Part shown: in pieces, positions 45,175-57,607 of the stretch
How the letters are laid out: the number at the start of each line of letters is the position of its first letter
Position numbering within the stretch: the stretch's first letter is position 1
NCBI GenBank assembly: GCA_046052125.1
Contig: JBJOMY010000002.1
Coordinates: 96,001-160,000, forward strand
Direction: 5' to 3'
Length of the DNA stretch: 64,000 nucleotides
Source: Cyanobacteriota bacterium
Lineage (GTDB): Bacteria; Cyanobacteriota; Cyanobacteriia; PCC-6307; Cyanobiaceae
Position numbers and translations under genes: made by a program
The notes under the pieces: generated by a model
Told to the model about the DNA's origin: nothing
Databases searched by the model: none
What the model saw: only the letters and a program-made list of their open reading frames with translations

Positions 45175-46218
45175 GTGACCCAACCAACTCCTCCTAACGA
45201 CGAGCAGCTGGCAGCACTGCAGTTCCCCCTTCAGAACAGCAAAGAGATTTTTTCGCTGGACCCCGTGGATATGGCGAATGAGATTGATAGCGTCTTTTCA
45301 AAAGGCAACCACGGCAATCAACCCACGGTCAAACATCCCTATGCCGATTTCGCCTTTGCAAACCTTGGCGGAATGACAATGGTGGCCTCACGCTTGACGC
45401 CATCCATCATCATCGAGCAAGAAAACAGTGGATGCAGCACGTTGGCGGCATGCACAGCAGGTGATGTGCACACCTATAGAGACGGGTCGTATATCGAGCA
45501 CATCAACCCAGGCGACATCTTCTTGAACCCAAGAAACGGAAGCAGGGCTGACACGGGCTATATCTCCGGCCTCTATTGCCAGATAGAGCACAAGAAACTA
45601 CAACGAACGATCAGGGTTATCAGCGGAATCGAGATCGATCAAGAACTAGAAAATCCCTGGCTTTTCGGATCTGGCAGCCACGCCGAGCGCATGGCATTAG
45701 CAGGACCCTTCCTAGCCTTCTTCTCCTATATCGACAACCTGCTTGGAGAGAGCTTTTATCTGCCGGAAGCCCTTGGGCTATCCGAACAGATTTACCGCTT
45801 GCTGGCACTAGCACTGATGCAGCAAACCGGCCTACTGGAGCTTTATCAGAGGCGCTCAGCATCCGCAATCAGTCAATGGAATGCAAAGCTTGACGACCTT
45901 GTGGACTACATCCAGGCAAACACGCATCTCAACCTCACACTGACCGACCTGCAAGAGCACAGCCATTACTCAGCAAGGCACCTCCAAAACCTTTTCAGGG
46001 AGAAGTTTGACTGCACCCCAATGCAGTTCGTCAGAAAGCAGCGCCTCAACAAAGCCATGGAAGAACTGCAAACAGCAGGCGAGGAAGACACCGTAACGAG
46101 CATCAGCAGAACCTACGGCTACCGCTCTAGCTCCAATTTCACCACAGAATTTCGGCGTCAATTCGGTGTTAGTCCCTCAACGGTGCTTAGAGCATCGAGA
46201 ACGGGGGGTAGGAAGTAA
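45175..46218 (+). CDS. AraC-family transcriptional regulator
   Basis: C-terminal DYIQAN...LTLTDL...SARHLQNLF...TPMQFVRKQRL...VTSISRTYGY.SSSNFTTEFRRQFGVSPS. Confidence 0.92.
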   Translation: MTQPTPPNDEQLAALQFPLQNSKEIFSLDPVDMANEIDSVFSKGNHGNQPTVKHPYADFAFANLGGMTMVASRLTPSIIIEQENSGCSTLAACTAGDVHTYRDGSYIEHINPGDIFLNPRNGSRADTGYISGLYCQIEHKKLQRTIRVISGIEIDQELENPWLFGSGSHAERMALAGPFLAFFSYIDNLLGESFYLPEALGLSEQIYRLLALALMQQTGLLELYQRRSASAISQWNAKLDDLVDYIQANTHLNLTLTDLQEHSHYSARHLQNLFREKFDCTPMQFVRKQRLNKAMEELQTAGEEDTVTSISRTYGYRSSSNFTTEFRRQFGVSPSTVLRASRTGGRK

Positions 46219-46228
46219 AAACACTGAA

Positions 46229-46263
46229 TTACGAGAAAAGTATTGGCACAACGCTTCTCGTAA
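46229..46263. terminator. hairpin downstream of AraC gene (possible terminator)
   Basis: TTACGAGAA ... TTCTCGTAA perfect 9-bp inverted repeat; no U-tract. Confidence 0.4.
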
Positions 46264-46410
46264 GCCTGGAATAGTGATTCAACTTTCGATTGCAAGCAGC
46301 CGAGCATGCGGCCCCTACGCGTTTGACCAGGGTTAGTACAACCGCCGCATACCCATGGCCCGGCGTCCAACGGCAATGCGAGGGTGGCGTCAACGCCTCA
46401 GAGCCCATTC

Positions 46411-47247
46411 ATGGCCGCCTCGCCCACAACTACAGAAGCTCTGAGCGAGCTGATCGATGTGGTGGCCCAACTGCGCAACCCTCAGGGTGGCTGCCCCTGG
46501 GATCTGGAACAGACCCACGCCTCTCTGGTGCCCTACGTGCTGGAGGAGGCCCACGAGGTGGCCGATGCGATCCGCCACGGCGATGACGCCCACCTCAAGG
46601 AAGAACTGGGCGACCTGCTGCTGCAGGTGGTGCTCCACGCCCAGATCGCCCAAGAGGAGAACCGCTTTGATCTGGCCCAGATCGCAGCCGGGATCAGCGA
46701 AAAGCTGGTGCGCCGCCACCCGCATGTCTTCGCCGGCGCCGAGGCGGCTGATAGCGCGGCCGTGAAAGCCAGCTGGGAAGCGATCAAGGCCGAGGAGAAG
46801 GCGGCGAATCCAGCGGGCGCACCCTCCGCCAGCCCCCTCAGCGATCGCCTCGCCGGCAAGGTGCGCGGCCAGCCCGCCCTCGCCGGCGCCATGACCATCT
46901 CCAAGAAAGCGGCAGCGGCCGGTTTCGAGTGGGACGACATGGCCGGTGTGTGGGAGAAGGTGCATGAAGAGCTCGATGAGCTCAAGGAAGCCGTGGCCAG
47001 CGGCAATAAGACGCACGCCCAGGAAGAACTAGGGGATGTGCTGTTCACCCTGGTGAACGTGGCGCGCTGGTGCGGCATCGATCCCGAAGCCGGCCTGGCC
47101 GGCACCAACCGCCGCTTCCTGGATCGCTTCTCCCGGGTGGAGGCCGCCCTGGGCGGTGATCTGCAGGGCCGCAGCATTCGGGAACTGGAAGGCCTCTGGC
47201 AACAAGCCAAAGCGGAGATCCGCGCAGCTCAGTCGTCGGGCAGCTGA
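46411..47247 (+). CDS. mazG: nucleoside triphosphate pyrophosphohydrolase
   Basis: LR..GGCPWD.EQT, EELGDLLLQV, KLVRRHPHVF, second domain EELGDVLF. Confidence 0.95.
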   Translation: MAASPTTTEALSELIDVVAQLRNPQGGCPWDLEQTHASLVPYVLEEAHEVADAIRHGDDAHLKEELGDLLLQVVLHAQIAQEENRFDLAQIAAGISEKLVRRHPHVFAGAEAADSAAVKASWEAIKAEEKAANPAGAPSASPLSDRLAGKVRGQPALAGAMTISKKAAAAGFEWDDMAGVWEKVHEELDELKEAVASGNKTHAQEELGDVLFTLVNVARWCGIDPEAGLAGTNRRFLDRFSRVEAALGGDLQGRSIRELEGLWQQAKAEIRAAQSSGS

Positions 47248-47681
47248 GGCCTGCCGCTGCGCTGCTGCTTCACAGCGCTGCGCTGTTTCTTGGCCGCCAG
47301 CCGCCGTTGCACCGAACCGCGTGTGGGCTTGGTGGCACGCCGCGGCGGCGGTGGCGGCTTGATCGCCTCCTGCAGCAACTCCACCAGGCGCCGCTGGGCT
47401 GCCACCCGGTTCTGCCATTGGGAGCGGTGTTCGCTAGCGGCGATCACCACGCAGCCCTCCACCAACCGACCTTCCAGCCGCCTCAGTGCCCGAGCCTGCA
47501 GATGCGGCGGCAACGAGGGCGTGGCCGCCAGATCAAACAGCAACTCCACCCGCGAATCGGTGGTGTTCACGTTCTGGCCGCCTGGTCCAGAGGAGCGCGA
47601 AAAGCGCCAGCGCAGCTCCGCTGCGGGGATCACCACACCCGGGATCAACTGCAGATCGCCAGGCGTCGCTCCTCCAGCCAT
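47229..47681 (-). CDS. arfB: alternative ribosome rescue peptidyl-tRNA hydrolase
   Basis: RSSGPGGQNVN, basic C-terminal tail RRATKPTRGS.QRRL..KKQRS. Confidence 0.93.
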   Translation of the reverse strand: MAGGATPGDLQLIPGVVIPAAELRWRFSRSSGPGGQNVNTTDSRVELLFDLAATPSLPPHLQARALRRLEGRLVEGCVVIAASEHRSQWQNRVAAQRRLVELLQEAIKPPPPPRRATKPTRGSVQRRLAAKKQRSAVKQQRSGRPQLPDD

Positions 47682-47767
47682 CACCAAAGCCTGTCACGGG
47701 GCACACCGGCAGAACAGGAACCGGCGACCGGTGATGCGCAAATCTGGAGACACGATCCTCACTGCCC

Positions 47768-48661
47768 ATGGCTGAGAGCAGCACTGCGCCCGCCCCCACC
47801 CCTGGCTGGCCCCTCTCCAGCTCAGGCTGGATTGACGAGATCTTCGATGGCGTGCGCTACGGCCTGGCCGGGCGGGTGATCGCCGAGGAGCAGTCGCCCT
47901 TCCAGCGGGTGACGATCATCGAGAGCGAGCGCTACGGAAAGGGCCTGCTACTCGATGGCTGCTGGATGACCGCCGAGCGCCAGGAGCGGCACTACCACGA
48001 ATCGATCGTGCATCCGGCCCTCTGCAGCGCCGCCTCGGTGGAGCGGGTACTGGTGATCGGTGGCGGCGATGGGGGCACCGCCCGCGAATGCCTGCGCCAT
48101 GCCGGCGTGCGACACCTCGACATGGTGGAGATCGACGGCCTGGTGGTGGAGTGGAGCCAGCAGCACCTGCCCTCGATCGGGGCTGGCTGCTGGAGCGATC
48201 CCCGCTTTCACCTCACCGTGGGCGATGGCATCGCCTGGGCGGTCAACGCAGCAGACGCCAGCTACGACGTGGTGATCGTGGACGGCTCGGACCCGGCCGG
48301 CCCCGCTGAAGGTCTGTTCAACCGCGCTTTCTTCGAGCAGTGCCGACGCATCCTCAAGCCGGGTGGTGTGTTCGCCACCCAGAGCGAATCGCCGGAGGCC
48401 TTCCGCCAGGTGCACATCGACACCGTGAAGGTGATCCGCGAAGTGTTCGGCCACGCCGATCCGATGTACGGATGGGTGCCGATGTATCCGAGCGGCTGGT
48501 GGAGCTGGACCTTCGCCGCCACCGACGGCCGCCGCTACCTCGAGCCCGATCCCAGCCGCGCCGCTGCCGTGGCCGAGGGTTGTGAGATCTGGAGCCCCCG
48601 CTGGCAAAGCGGCGCCTTCGACGCCATCCCCGCCGCGATCGAGCGGGCCCTCAACGCCTGA
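47768..48661 (+). CDS. speE: polyamine aminopropyltransferase (spermidine synthase)
   Basis: [34 protein letters not shown]. Confidence 0.95.
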   Translation: MAESSTAPAPTPGWPLSSSGWIDEIFDGVRYGLAGRVIAEEQSPFQRVTIIESERYGKGLLLDGCWMTAERQERHYHESIVHPALCSAASVERVLVIGGGDGGTARECLRHAGVRHLDMVEIDGLVVEWSQQHLPSIGAGCWSDPRFHLTVGDGIAWAVNAADASYDVVIVDGSDPAGPAEGLFNRAFFEQCRRILKPGGVFATQSESPEAFRQVHIDTVKVIREVFGHADPMYGWVPMYPSGWWSWTFAATDGRRYLEPDPSRAAAVAEGCEIWSPRWQSGAFDAIPAAIERALNA

Positions 48662-49533
48662 TGCACACCGCCATGCCCGACCTCTCCCTGTTCGACACCG
48701 ACGGCGCCATCTACATGGGCAGCCAGCGCGATCCGGCCGGCTGCCGGGTGGGTGTGTTCGGGGTGCCCTACGACGGCACCACCTCCTTTCGCCCGGGAAC
48801 CCGCTTCGGCCCGGCGGCGATCCGGGAGGTGAGTTCGGGGCTGGAGAGCTACTGCCCCCAGCTCGATCGCGACCTGGAGGAGCTCGCCATCGCCGATCTC
48901 GGCGCCGTGGACATTCCCTTCGGCGCACCAGAGCCGGTGGTGGCCGCGGTGAAGCAGGCCACCGAAACGGTGCTGGCCCTGGGGCTCAAACCGTTCATGC
49001 TCGGCGGTGAGCACTCGATCAGCTCCGGCGCGGTGGCTGCGGTGGCGGAGCAGCATCCCGATCTGGTGCTGGTGCAGCTCGATGCCCACGCCGATCTGCG
49101 ACATGAATGGCTTGGCACCCACCACAGCCACGCCTGCGCAATGCGCCGCTGCCTGGAGGTGCTGCCCAGCCAACAGCTGCTACAGATCGCCATCCGCAGC
49201 GGCACCCGCGAGGAATTCTCCGAACTGCGCCAGACAGGCCGCCTGGTGGCAATCGAGCGCATGGCCGAAGCGCTGAAGCCCCTGCGGGGCAAGCCCCTCT
49301 ATCTCACCGTGGATCTCGACTGGTTCGATCCCTCTGTGATGGCGGGCACCGGCACCCCCGAGCCAGGCGGCTTCCTCTGGAGCGATTTCGCCGCCCTGGT
49401 GGATGAGCTGCGCCACCACAACCTGGTGGCCGCCGATGTGGTGGAACTGGCGCCGATGCTCGATCCCACAGGTGTGAGCAGCGTGCTCGCATCCAAGGTG
49501 GTGCGCAGCCTGCTGTTTCTGTTGGATCGCTGA
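48661..49533 (+). CDS. speB: agmatinase
   Basis: GVPYDGTTSFRPG.RFGP, GGEHS, DAHAD, DLD.FDP...GTGTPEPGG. Confidence 0.93.
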   Translation: MHTAMPDLSLFDTDGAIYMGSQRDPAGCRVGVFGVPYDGTTSFRPGTRFGPAAIREVSSGLESYCPQLDRDLEELAIADLGAVDIPFGAPEPVVAAVKQATETVLALGLKPFMLGGEHSISSGAVAAVAEQHPDLVLVQLDAHADLRHEWLGTHHSHACAMRRCLEVLPSQQLLQIAIRSGTREEFSELRQTGRLVAIERMAEALKPLRGKPLYLTVDLDWFDPSVMAGTGTPEPGGFLWSDFAALVDELRHHNLVAADVVELAPMLDPTGVSSVLASKVVRSLLFLLDR

Positions 49534-49562
49534 ACGGAGCCGCGAACCCTGACGCGCTCGAT

Positions 49563-49958
49563 TCAGTAGGCGCAGGTGCCGCTGGCCCGCTGCTCACGCA
49601 GCCGCTCATGCTGCTGACCGATGAGCAGGATCGCCATCGTTGGGTGGTTGTGCAGCAGGTTCAGAAAGCGCAGGCGATCGAGCCGCACCAGCTCCACAGG
49701 CGTGCGAGCCACCGCGTCGTTGTGGCGCACATCTTCATTCCAGACGATGTCCTCGTAGCTGAACAGCTCACCGGGGCGGTAGCAGAGCTTGTCGCCTTTG
49801 GCGTTGATCACTTCCACGATGCCGCGGCGCACGCCGTAGATCGCATCGGCCGCCTGCCCACGACTGAAGATCGCCGCGCCTGTCGGGAACGAGACCGTCT
49901 CACTGTCCACCTGGGTGGCCATTAAGTCGATCGGACTGGCAACAGCGGCAACAGCCAT
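49563..49958 (-). CDS. stand-alone cyclic nucleotide-binding domain protein
   Basis: F..G..IF..GQ.AD.IY.V..G.VEV...PGELF; no C-terminal HTH; start 49958 or 49973. Confidence 0.8.
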   Translation of the reverse strand: MAVAAVASPIDLMATQVDSETVSFPTGAAIFSRGQAADAIYGVRRGIVEVINAKGDKLCYRPGELFSYEDIVWNEDVRHNDAVARTPVELVRLDRLRFLNLLHNHPTMAILLIGQQHERLREQRASGTCAY

Positions 49959-50068
49959 CAACGGTGTCCTCATCGAGCTGCGTAAGTCCAGCTTGGCACC
50001 GCCAAATGGCAGATCTGGCATGCGGGAACACATCCCACCCGCTTTGTCCGCGAATCTTCGGCTTCTCT

Positions 50069-50305
50069 TCAGCTTTCCAGCACATCGGCGAGGGCCAGCT
50101 GCCGATCGCGGCGCTGGGGCTCGAGCTCCGTGCCGCCATCGCCCATCACCGGCAGCCGTGGCGGTCGCGCCGTCCAGTGATGGCACCACAGCTCGGATGC
50201 CAGCTCCCCGTGGATCGGCAACTGGCGCAGCTGGCACCAGCCCATCTCCACACCGCTGGGCGGAGTGCAGTGACGGCAGCTGCGGCAGCAGGCGCGAGTG
50301 CCCAT
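50069..50305 (-). CDS. small Cys-rich putative metal/Fe-S binding protein
   Basis: 78 aa: CCRSCRHC...GWCQL...LWCHHW; occupies an otherwise empty gap. Confidence 0.6.
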   Translation of the reverse strand: MGTRACCRSCRHCTPPSGVEMGWCQLRQLPIHGELASELWCHHWTARPPRLPVMGDGGTELEPQRRDRQLALADVLES

Positions 50306-50445
50306 GGCGGAGCTTCAGGGTGCTCAACGTAGGCAGCGGATTCGGCGGCGACCAGTGCAGAACGAGAAGCTGCAGGTTGTCTTCCCCTTGTTGAAGCCAA
50401 CCGATCCAAGGCGCTCCATAGGATCCGCTCCGACGCCAAGCCGCC

Positions 50446-51564
50446 ATGGCTCCCCTGCAGCGCACCCCGTTGTTTGAAGCAGCGCAACACGCCGGGGGGC
50501 GCATGGTGCCCTTCGCCGGCTGGGAGATGGCCGTGCAGTTCGCCGGGCTGCTGGAGGAGCACAAGGCTGTACGTGAGCGCTGCGGCCTGTTCGACATCTC
50601 CCATATGGGGGTGCTGCGCCTCAGCGGCCCAGGCGCCAAAGATGCGCTGCAGGGGCTGGTGCCCACGGATCTGTTTCGGATCGGCCCAGGCGAGGCCTGC
50701 TACACGGTGCTGCTCAACGAGCAGGGCGGCATCCAAGACGATCTGATCGTGTACGACCGCGGCTGGGATGCCGCCGCCCAGACCCATGAGCTGCTGCTCG
50801 TGATTAATGCAGCCTGCGCTGAGGCTGACACCGCCTGGATCCGCAGCCAGCTCGAGCCGGCCGGGATCCAGGTGAGCGATCACAAAGGAGATGGCGTGCT
50901 CGTGGCGCTGCAAGGGCCTGAGGCGGCTGCCCAGCTGGAAGCGCTGAGCGGCACCAGCCTGGAGGGCCTGCCCCGCTTCGGCCATCGCCAACTGGAGCTG
51001 CCGGGGATCGGCTCGGCGTTCGTGGCCCGCACCGGCTACACCGGCGAAGACGGCTTTGAGCTGCTGCTCGAGCACGCCGCAGGCCAGGCGTTCTGGGCGG
51101 AGTGCCTGGAACGGGGCATTCAGCCCTGCGGCCTCGGCGCCCGCGACACGCTGCGACTGGAAGCGGCCATGCATCTCTTTGGCAGTGATATGGATGCAAG
51201 CACTAGCCCCCTGGAGGTGGGCCTGGGCTGGCTGGTGCACCTGGAGATGCCCAAACCGTTCATCGGCCGGGAGGTGCTCGAGCGACAAACCAGTGATGGG
51301 GTGGAGCGGCGCCTGGTGGGCCTCCAACTCCAGGGCCGTGCCATCCCCCGCCACGGCTACCCCGTGCTCGCGGCCGGCGCCGAACCGGGCTCAGCGCCGA
51401 TCGGCACGATCACCAGCGGTGGTTGGTCCCCCAGCCTGCAGGCGGGCATCGCCCTGGCCCATGTGCCCGCCGATGCCGCCAAGCTCGGCTCTGAACTGGC
51501 CGTGGAAATCCGCGGGCGCGCCGAGAGGGCCGTAGTGGTGAAGCGCCCCTTCTACAGGCGCTGA
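50446..51564 (+). CDS. gcvT: glycine cleavage system aminomethyltransferase T
   Basis: [40 protein letters not shown]. Confidence 0.97.
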   Translation: MAPLQRTPLFEAAQHAGGRMVPFAGWEMAVQFAGLLEEHKAVRERCGLFDISHMGVLRLSGPGAKDALQGLVPTDLFRIGPGEACYTVLLNEQGGIQDDLIVYDRGWDAAAQTHELLLVINAACAEADTAWIRSQLEPAGIQVSDHKGDGVLVALQGPEAAAQLEALSGTSLEGLPRFGHRQLELPGIGSAFVARTGYTGEDGFELLLEHAAGQAFWAECLERGIQPCGLGARDTLRLEAAMHLFGSDMDASTSPLEVGLGWLVHLEMPKPFIGREVLERQTSDGVERRLVGLQLQGRAIPRHGYPVLAAGAEPGSAPIGTITSGGWSPSLQAGIALAHVPADAAKLGSELAVEIRGRAERAVVVKRPFYRR

Positions 51565-51646
51565 AGGAGGCCCCACCAAGCCAAACCCAGCCTGGCAGCA
51601 CCAACGGCCGAGTGGGACAATCGCCCATTACCCCCTCGATCCCAGC

Positions 51647-53476
51647 ATGCGCAGCCACGGATGCGGCGACCTGCGCCAAGACGCCACCGGCCAGGCCGTG
51701 CAGCTGTGCGGCTGGGTTGATCGCAGCCGTGATCACGGCGGGGTGATCTTCATCGATCTGCGCGACCGCAGCGGCACCGTGCAGATCACGGTGGATCCGG
51801 ACAACGGCGCCGAGATGTTCGCCGTGGCCGAACACCTGCGCAACGAAACGGTGATCCAGGTGGAGGGCAAGGTGCGCGAGCGCCCCGCCGACGCGATCAA
51901 CGAGAAGCTGGCCACCGGCCGGGTGGAAGTGCTGGCCAGCGCCATCACCGTGCTCAACAGCGTGAGGGGGAACCTGCCCTTCGCGGTGTCGGTGCACGAC
52001 GAGGAGAACACCCGCGAGGAGCTGCGGCTGCGCCACCGCTACCTCGATCTGCGCCGCGAGCGCATGAACAGCAACCTGCGCCTGCGGGCTCAGACCATCC
52101 AGGCGGCGCGGCGCTTCCTCGAAGACCAGGGCTTCATTGAGGTGGAGACCCCCGTGCTCACCCGCTCCACCCCTGAAGGCGCCCGCGACTATCTGGTGCC
52201 TTCCCGCGTGTGCGGTGGCGAGTGGTTCGCCCTGCCCCAATCGCCCCAGCTGTTCAAGCAGCTGCTGATGGTGGGCGGCATCGAGCGCTACTACCAAGTG
52301 GCTCGCTGCTTCCGCGACGAAGACCTGCGCGCCGATCGCCAGCCGGAATTCACCCAGCTGGACATGGAGATGAGCTTCATGGATCAGGAGCAGATCCTCG
52401 AGCTCAACGAAGCGCTGATCGCCTCCATCTGGAAAACCGTGAAGGGCGTGGAGCTGCCGCGTCCCTTCCCGCGCCTCACCTGGCATGACGCCATGGAGCG
52501 CTACGGCACCGACCGCCCCGATACCCGCTACGGCATGGAGCTCACCAACGTGAGCGACCTGGTGGCCGACATGGGTTTCAAGGTGTTTTCAGGCGCCGTG
52601 GCCGCCGGCGGCTCGGTGAAGTGCATCGCCGTGCCCGGCGGCAACGACGCCGTGAGCAACGTGCGCATCAAGCCCGGCGGCGATGTGTTCAGCGAAGCCC
52701 AGAAAGCCGGTGCCGGTGGCTTGGCCTTCATCCGCGTGCGCGAAGGCGGCGAGATCGACACCATCGGCGCCATCAAAGACAACCTCTCTGACGAGAAGAA
52801 GGCCGAGCTGCTGGCGCGCACCGGCGCTGAGCCCGGCACCTTGATCCTGTTCGGCGCCGGCGACACCGCCACGGTGAACAAGGCCCTCGATCGGGTGCGC
52901 CAGTACCTGGCCCGCGAGCTGGGGATGGTGAAGCCCGACAGCGAAAACGACAGCTGGAACTTCCTCTGGGTGGTGGACTTCCCGATGTTCGAGTTCAACG
53001 CCGACGAGAACCGCTACGAGGCGCTGCACCACCCCTTCTGCGCCCCGAACACAGCCGATCTGGGCAGCGACCCCGCTGCCTGGGCCGACACCCTGCCAGC
53101 AGCCCGCGCCCAGGCCTACGACCTGGTGCTCAACGGCCTGGAGCTGGGCGGCGGTTCGCTGCGCATCCACGATTCAGCCCTGCAGCGCCAGGTGCTCCAA
53201 ACCGTGGGCCTGCCCCTCGAGGAGGCCAACCAGCAGTTCGGCTTCCTGATGGAAGCGCTCGACATGGGCGCCCCGCCCCACGGCGGCCTGGCCTTCGGCG
53301 TGGATCGCATGGTGATGTTGCTGGCTGGTGAGGAATCGATCCGCGACACCATCGCCTTCCCCAAAACCCAGCAGGCCCGCTGCCTGATGACCGGCGCCCC
53401 GGGCGGTGTGGCCGCCAAACAGCTCGAAGAGCTGCACGTGGCCAGCACCTGGGTGGAGGAAGACGCGGAGGCCTGA
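51647..53476 (+). CDS. aspS: aspartate--tRNA ligase
   Basis: [45 protein letters not shown]. Confidence 0.98.
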   Translation: MRSHGCGDLRQDATGQAVQLCGWVDRSRDHGGVIFIDLRDRSGTVQITVDPDNGAEMFAVAEHLRNETVIQVEGKVRERPADAINEKLATGRVEVLASAITVLNSVRGNLPFAVSVHDEENTREELRLRHRYLDLRRERMNSNLRLRAQTIQAARRFLEDQGFIEVETPVLTRSTPEGARDYLVPSRVCGGEWFALPQSPQLFKQLLMVGGIERYYQVARCFRDEDLRADRQPEFTQLDMEMSFMDQEQILELNEALIASIWKTVKGVELPRPFPRLTWHDAMERYGTDRPDTRYGMELTNVSDLVADMGFKVFSGAVAAGGSVKCIAVPGGNDAVSNVRIKPGGDVFSEAQKAGAGGLAFIRVREGGEIDTIGAIKDNLSDEKKAELLARTGAEPGTLILFGAGDTATVNKALDRVRQYLARELGMVKPDSENDSWNFLWVVDFPMFEFNADENRYEALHHPFCAPNTADLGSDPAAWADTLPAARAQAYDLVLNGLELGGGSLRIHDSALQRQVLQTVGLPLEEANQQFGFLMEALDMGAPPHGGLAFGVDRMVMLLAGEESIRDTIAFPKTQQARCLMTGAPGGVAAKQLEELHVASTWVEEDAEA

Positions 53477-53554
53477 GCCACCGCAACGGCGCGGCAATCC
53501 CGAACAGAAACAAGCGATTCGGAGACGAATCTCAACTGAGACTCGATCCTTGGG

Positions 53555-54727
53555 TTGCTGTTTCAGGCGCAGCCTGTGCCCCAGGGCCCTTCCAGCCCCA
53601 AACCCTCTTCAGCCGGCAGGCGCGGCAGCAGCGATCTGGTGCGCCTCTACCTGCAGGACATCGGCCGGGTGGACCTGCTCAGCCACGAGGAGGAGCTCAC
53701 CCTGGCCAGGCAGGTGCAGAAGCGTGAGCGCCTACTGCGGGAGCGACAGGGTCTGGCCAGCCAGGCCGCACCCCTGGCTGATCTGATCAGCCTGGAGACC
53801 GATCGCCAGCGGCTTGCCACACAGCTCGGACACTGGCCTGCGGTGCAGCAATGGGCCGAGCATTTGGGCTGCTCCGTACCGGAGCTGCGCGAGAAGCTGA
53901 GGCAGGATCATGAAGCCTGGGCGGAGCGCAGCGGCCTGAGCGTGGCCGAGCTCAAGCAGGCGTTGCATCACGGCCGCCGCGCCCGCGACCGGATGATCCA
54001 GGCCAACCTGCGCCTGGTGGTGGCCGTGGCCAAGAAGTATCAGCAGCGGGGCATGGAGCTGCTCGATCTGGTGCAGGAAGGCACCCTCGGGCTCGAGCGC
54101 GCCGTGGAGAAATACGACCCCACCCGCGGCTTCCGCTTCAGCACCTACGCCTACTGGTGGATCCGCCAGGGGATCACCCGCGCCATCGCCACCCAGAGCC
54201 GCACCATCCGGCTGCCGGTGCACGTCACCGAGAAGCTCAACCGCATCAAAAAGGCCCAGCGCCAGATCGCCACGGAACACGGCCGCCTGGCCTCGGTGAG
54301 CGACCTGGCCAAGGAACTCGGAGTGAGCGAAGAGGTGGTGCGACTCACGCTGATGCGGGTGCCGCGCTCGGTGTCGCTCGACACGCGCGTGGGCCGCGAG
54401 CAGGACACGCAGCTGGGCGATCTGCTCGAGGACAGCCACGCCACCCCGGAGCAGGAGCTGGCCCGCGAAGCCCTGCACGACGACCTGGAGGCATTGCTGA
54501 AAGAGCTCACCAGCCGCGAAGCCGCCGTGATCCGCCTGCGCTACGGCCTCGAGGACGACACCCCCCAGACCCTCTCCCAGATCGGCGAAGACCTGCACCT
54601 CTCGCGGGAGCGGGTGCGGCAGATCGAATCGCGCGCCCTGCTCAAGCTGCGCCAACCCCAGCGGCGCTGCCGAGTGCAGGACTACATTCGCAGCCTCGAC
54701 AGCGACCAGCCCGATGCCGGCCGGTAA
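53555..54727 (+). CDS. RpoD/SigA-family (group 2) RNA polymerase sigma factor
   Basis: DLVRLYLQDIG, ANLRLVV.VAKKY, RFSTYAYWWIRQ, SRERVRQIE; start uncertain. Confidence 0.93.
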   Translation: MLFQAQPVPQGPSSPKPSSAGRRGSSDLVRLYLQDIGRVDLLSHEEELTLARQVQKRERLLRERQGLASQAAPLADLISLETDRQRLATQLGHWPAVQQWAEHLGCSVPELREKLRQDHEAWAERSGLSVAELKQALHHGRRARDRMIQANLRLVVAVAKKYQQRGMELLDLVQEGTLGLERAVEKYDPTRGFRFSTYAYWWIRQGITRAIATQSRTIRLPVHVTEKLNRIKKAQRQIATEHGRLASVSDLAKELGVSEEVVRLTLMRVPRSVSLDTRVGREQDTQLGDLLEDSHATPEQELAREALHDDLEALLKELTSREAAVIRLRYGLEDDTPQTLSQIGEDLHLSRERVRQIESRALLKLRQPQRRCRVQDYIRSLDSDQPDAGR

Positions 54728-54732
54728 ATTAA

Positions 54733-56406
<1,674 letters not shown>

Positions 56407-56425
56407 GAAGAGCCCGCCAAGGCCA

Positions 56426-57607
56426 TCAAATTCGACGCAAAGACTCCGTTTTGTCTTTGAACTCACCCAACAAGAGCTGCAAATAGCTCACCTTGCGTAG
56501 CTTGATATTGGCAGTAAGAGACATTCCCACCTGAAGAGGCAGCTGAGTGCCAGATTTCACCTGGAGCTGTTGCGAAGCCAACTGAATCTCAGCCGGATAC
56601 CGGTAGGTCTGCTTGAGTTGATCAGGCGGTAGGGCATCGGAGGCAATCCGCTTGACTGTCCCGTGCAGTACACCGAAATCAGAAGATGGGAAGGAGTCAA
56701 TACTGAGATCAACAGGCTTACCCACAGAGACGAAGCCAATCTTACTGCTATCAATTTCCACCTTCGCCTTCAGGTTGTTGTAAGGCACGATCTTCATCAC
56801 CGGTTCACTGCCCTGAGCAACAAAGCCCGGACCCGTAGGCTTGAGATCAAATACCAAACCATCCACTGGTGAGCGGATGTCCTGATAGCGGATATTCACC
56901 CGCAACTCCGTGAGCTTGCTTTGCAGATCAGCGAGCTCACCGCGCAACTGCTGAACCTGCTGTTGGAGGATCGCTACCTGACGCTGGCGATCCATGGTGG
57001 TTTTCGCGAGGTCACCCTCCACCTCGCGCACCTTGTTGCGTTGCTGCAAAACCTGCAGCTCCGCAGATGCCCCCGTTCGCTGCAAACCAGCAAAACGCTC
57101 AAGAATCTCTCGCTCCAGCACAAGATTTTGCCGCAACACCGCCTGCTCCGTGTCGTTGAGGCCTAGGTAGCGCTGAAGCTCAACTTCCTTCAACCCCAGC
57201 TGCTGCTGTTTGGCAGCAATGGTTTTTTGCAGACTAATCTCGCGATCTTTCGTTGTTTCGCTATCCAAACGCAGAAGAACCTGCCCTTTACTCACTCGCT
57301 GACCTTCCTTCACGAGCATTTCATCCAACACACCGCCCACTGGCACCTGAATCGTTTTCACATCACCAATAGGCTCTAATTTGCCGGGAGCAACAACCAC
57401 TTCCTCAGTCTGAGCAAAGGTGAGCCAGGCCAATCCGAAACCAGTGCAACCAATCAGCGACCAGGTCAAAGCCCGAGCCAATACGCGAGACTGCTGCAAG
57501 CCCATCTGGTCTTGACTGCTCTGCACTCTGCGCTCGATCGCATTTTGAGCAGCACGAACAAGCGAGCCGGGCTGGATGGGTTTACGCCGCGGAACCAAAT
57601 CAGACAT
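56426..57607 (-). CDS. HlyD-family secretion membrane fusion protein
   Basis: TM anchor, APGKLEP, coiled coil, IRSPVDG, IGFV..G, FP.SDFG. Confidence 0.92.
   Translation of the reverse strand: MSDLVPRRKPIQPGSLVRAAQNAIERRVQSSQDQMGLQQSRVLARALTWSLIGCTGFGLAWLTFAQTEEVVVAPGKLEPIGDVKTIQVPVGGVLDEMLVKEGQRVSKGQVLLRLDSETTKDREISLQKTIAAKQQQLGLKEVELQRYLGLNDTEQAVLRQNLVLEREILERFAGLQRTGASAELQVLQQRNKVREVEGDLAKTTMDRQRQVAILQQQVQQLRGELADLQSKLTELRVNIRYQDIRSPVDGLVFDLKPTGPGFVAQGSEPVMKIVPYNNLKAKVEIDSSKIGFVSVGKPVDLSIDSFPSSDFGVLHGTVKRIASDALPPDQLKQTYRYPAEIQLASQQLQVKSGTQLPLQVGMSLTANIKLRKVSYLQLLLGEFKDKTESLRRI

Noticed and set aside
46411..47247. mazG as part of a toxin-antitoxin or anti-phage system with the upstream RHH gene
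   Set aside because: It is the ordinary two-domain housekeeping MazG with core-like codon usage; no toxin gene is adjacent
49974..50666. 367-aa version of the cNMP-domain ORF
   Set aside because: The upstream part overlaps gcvT antisense and the Cys-rich ORF in another frame, and is not protein-like
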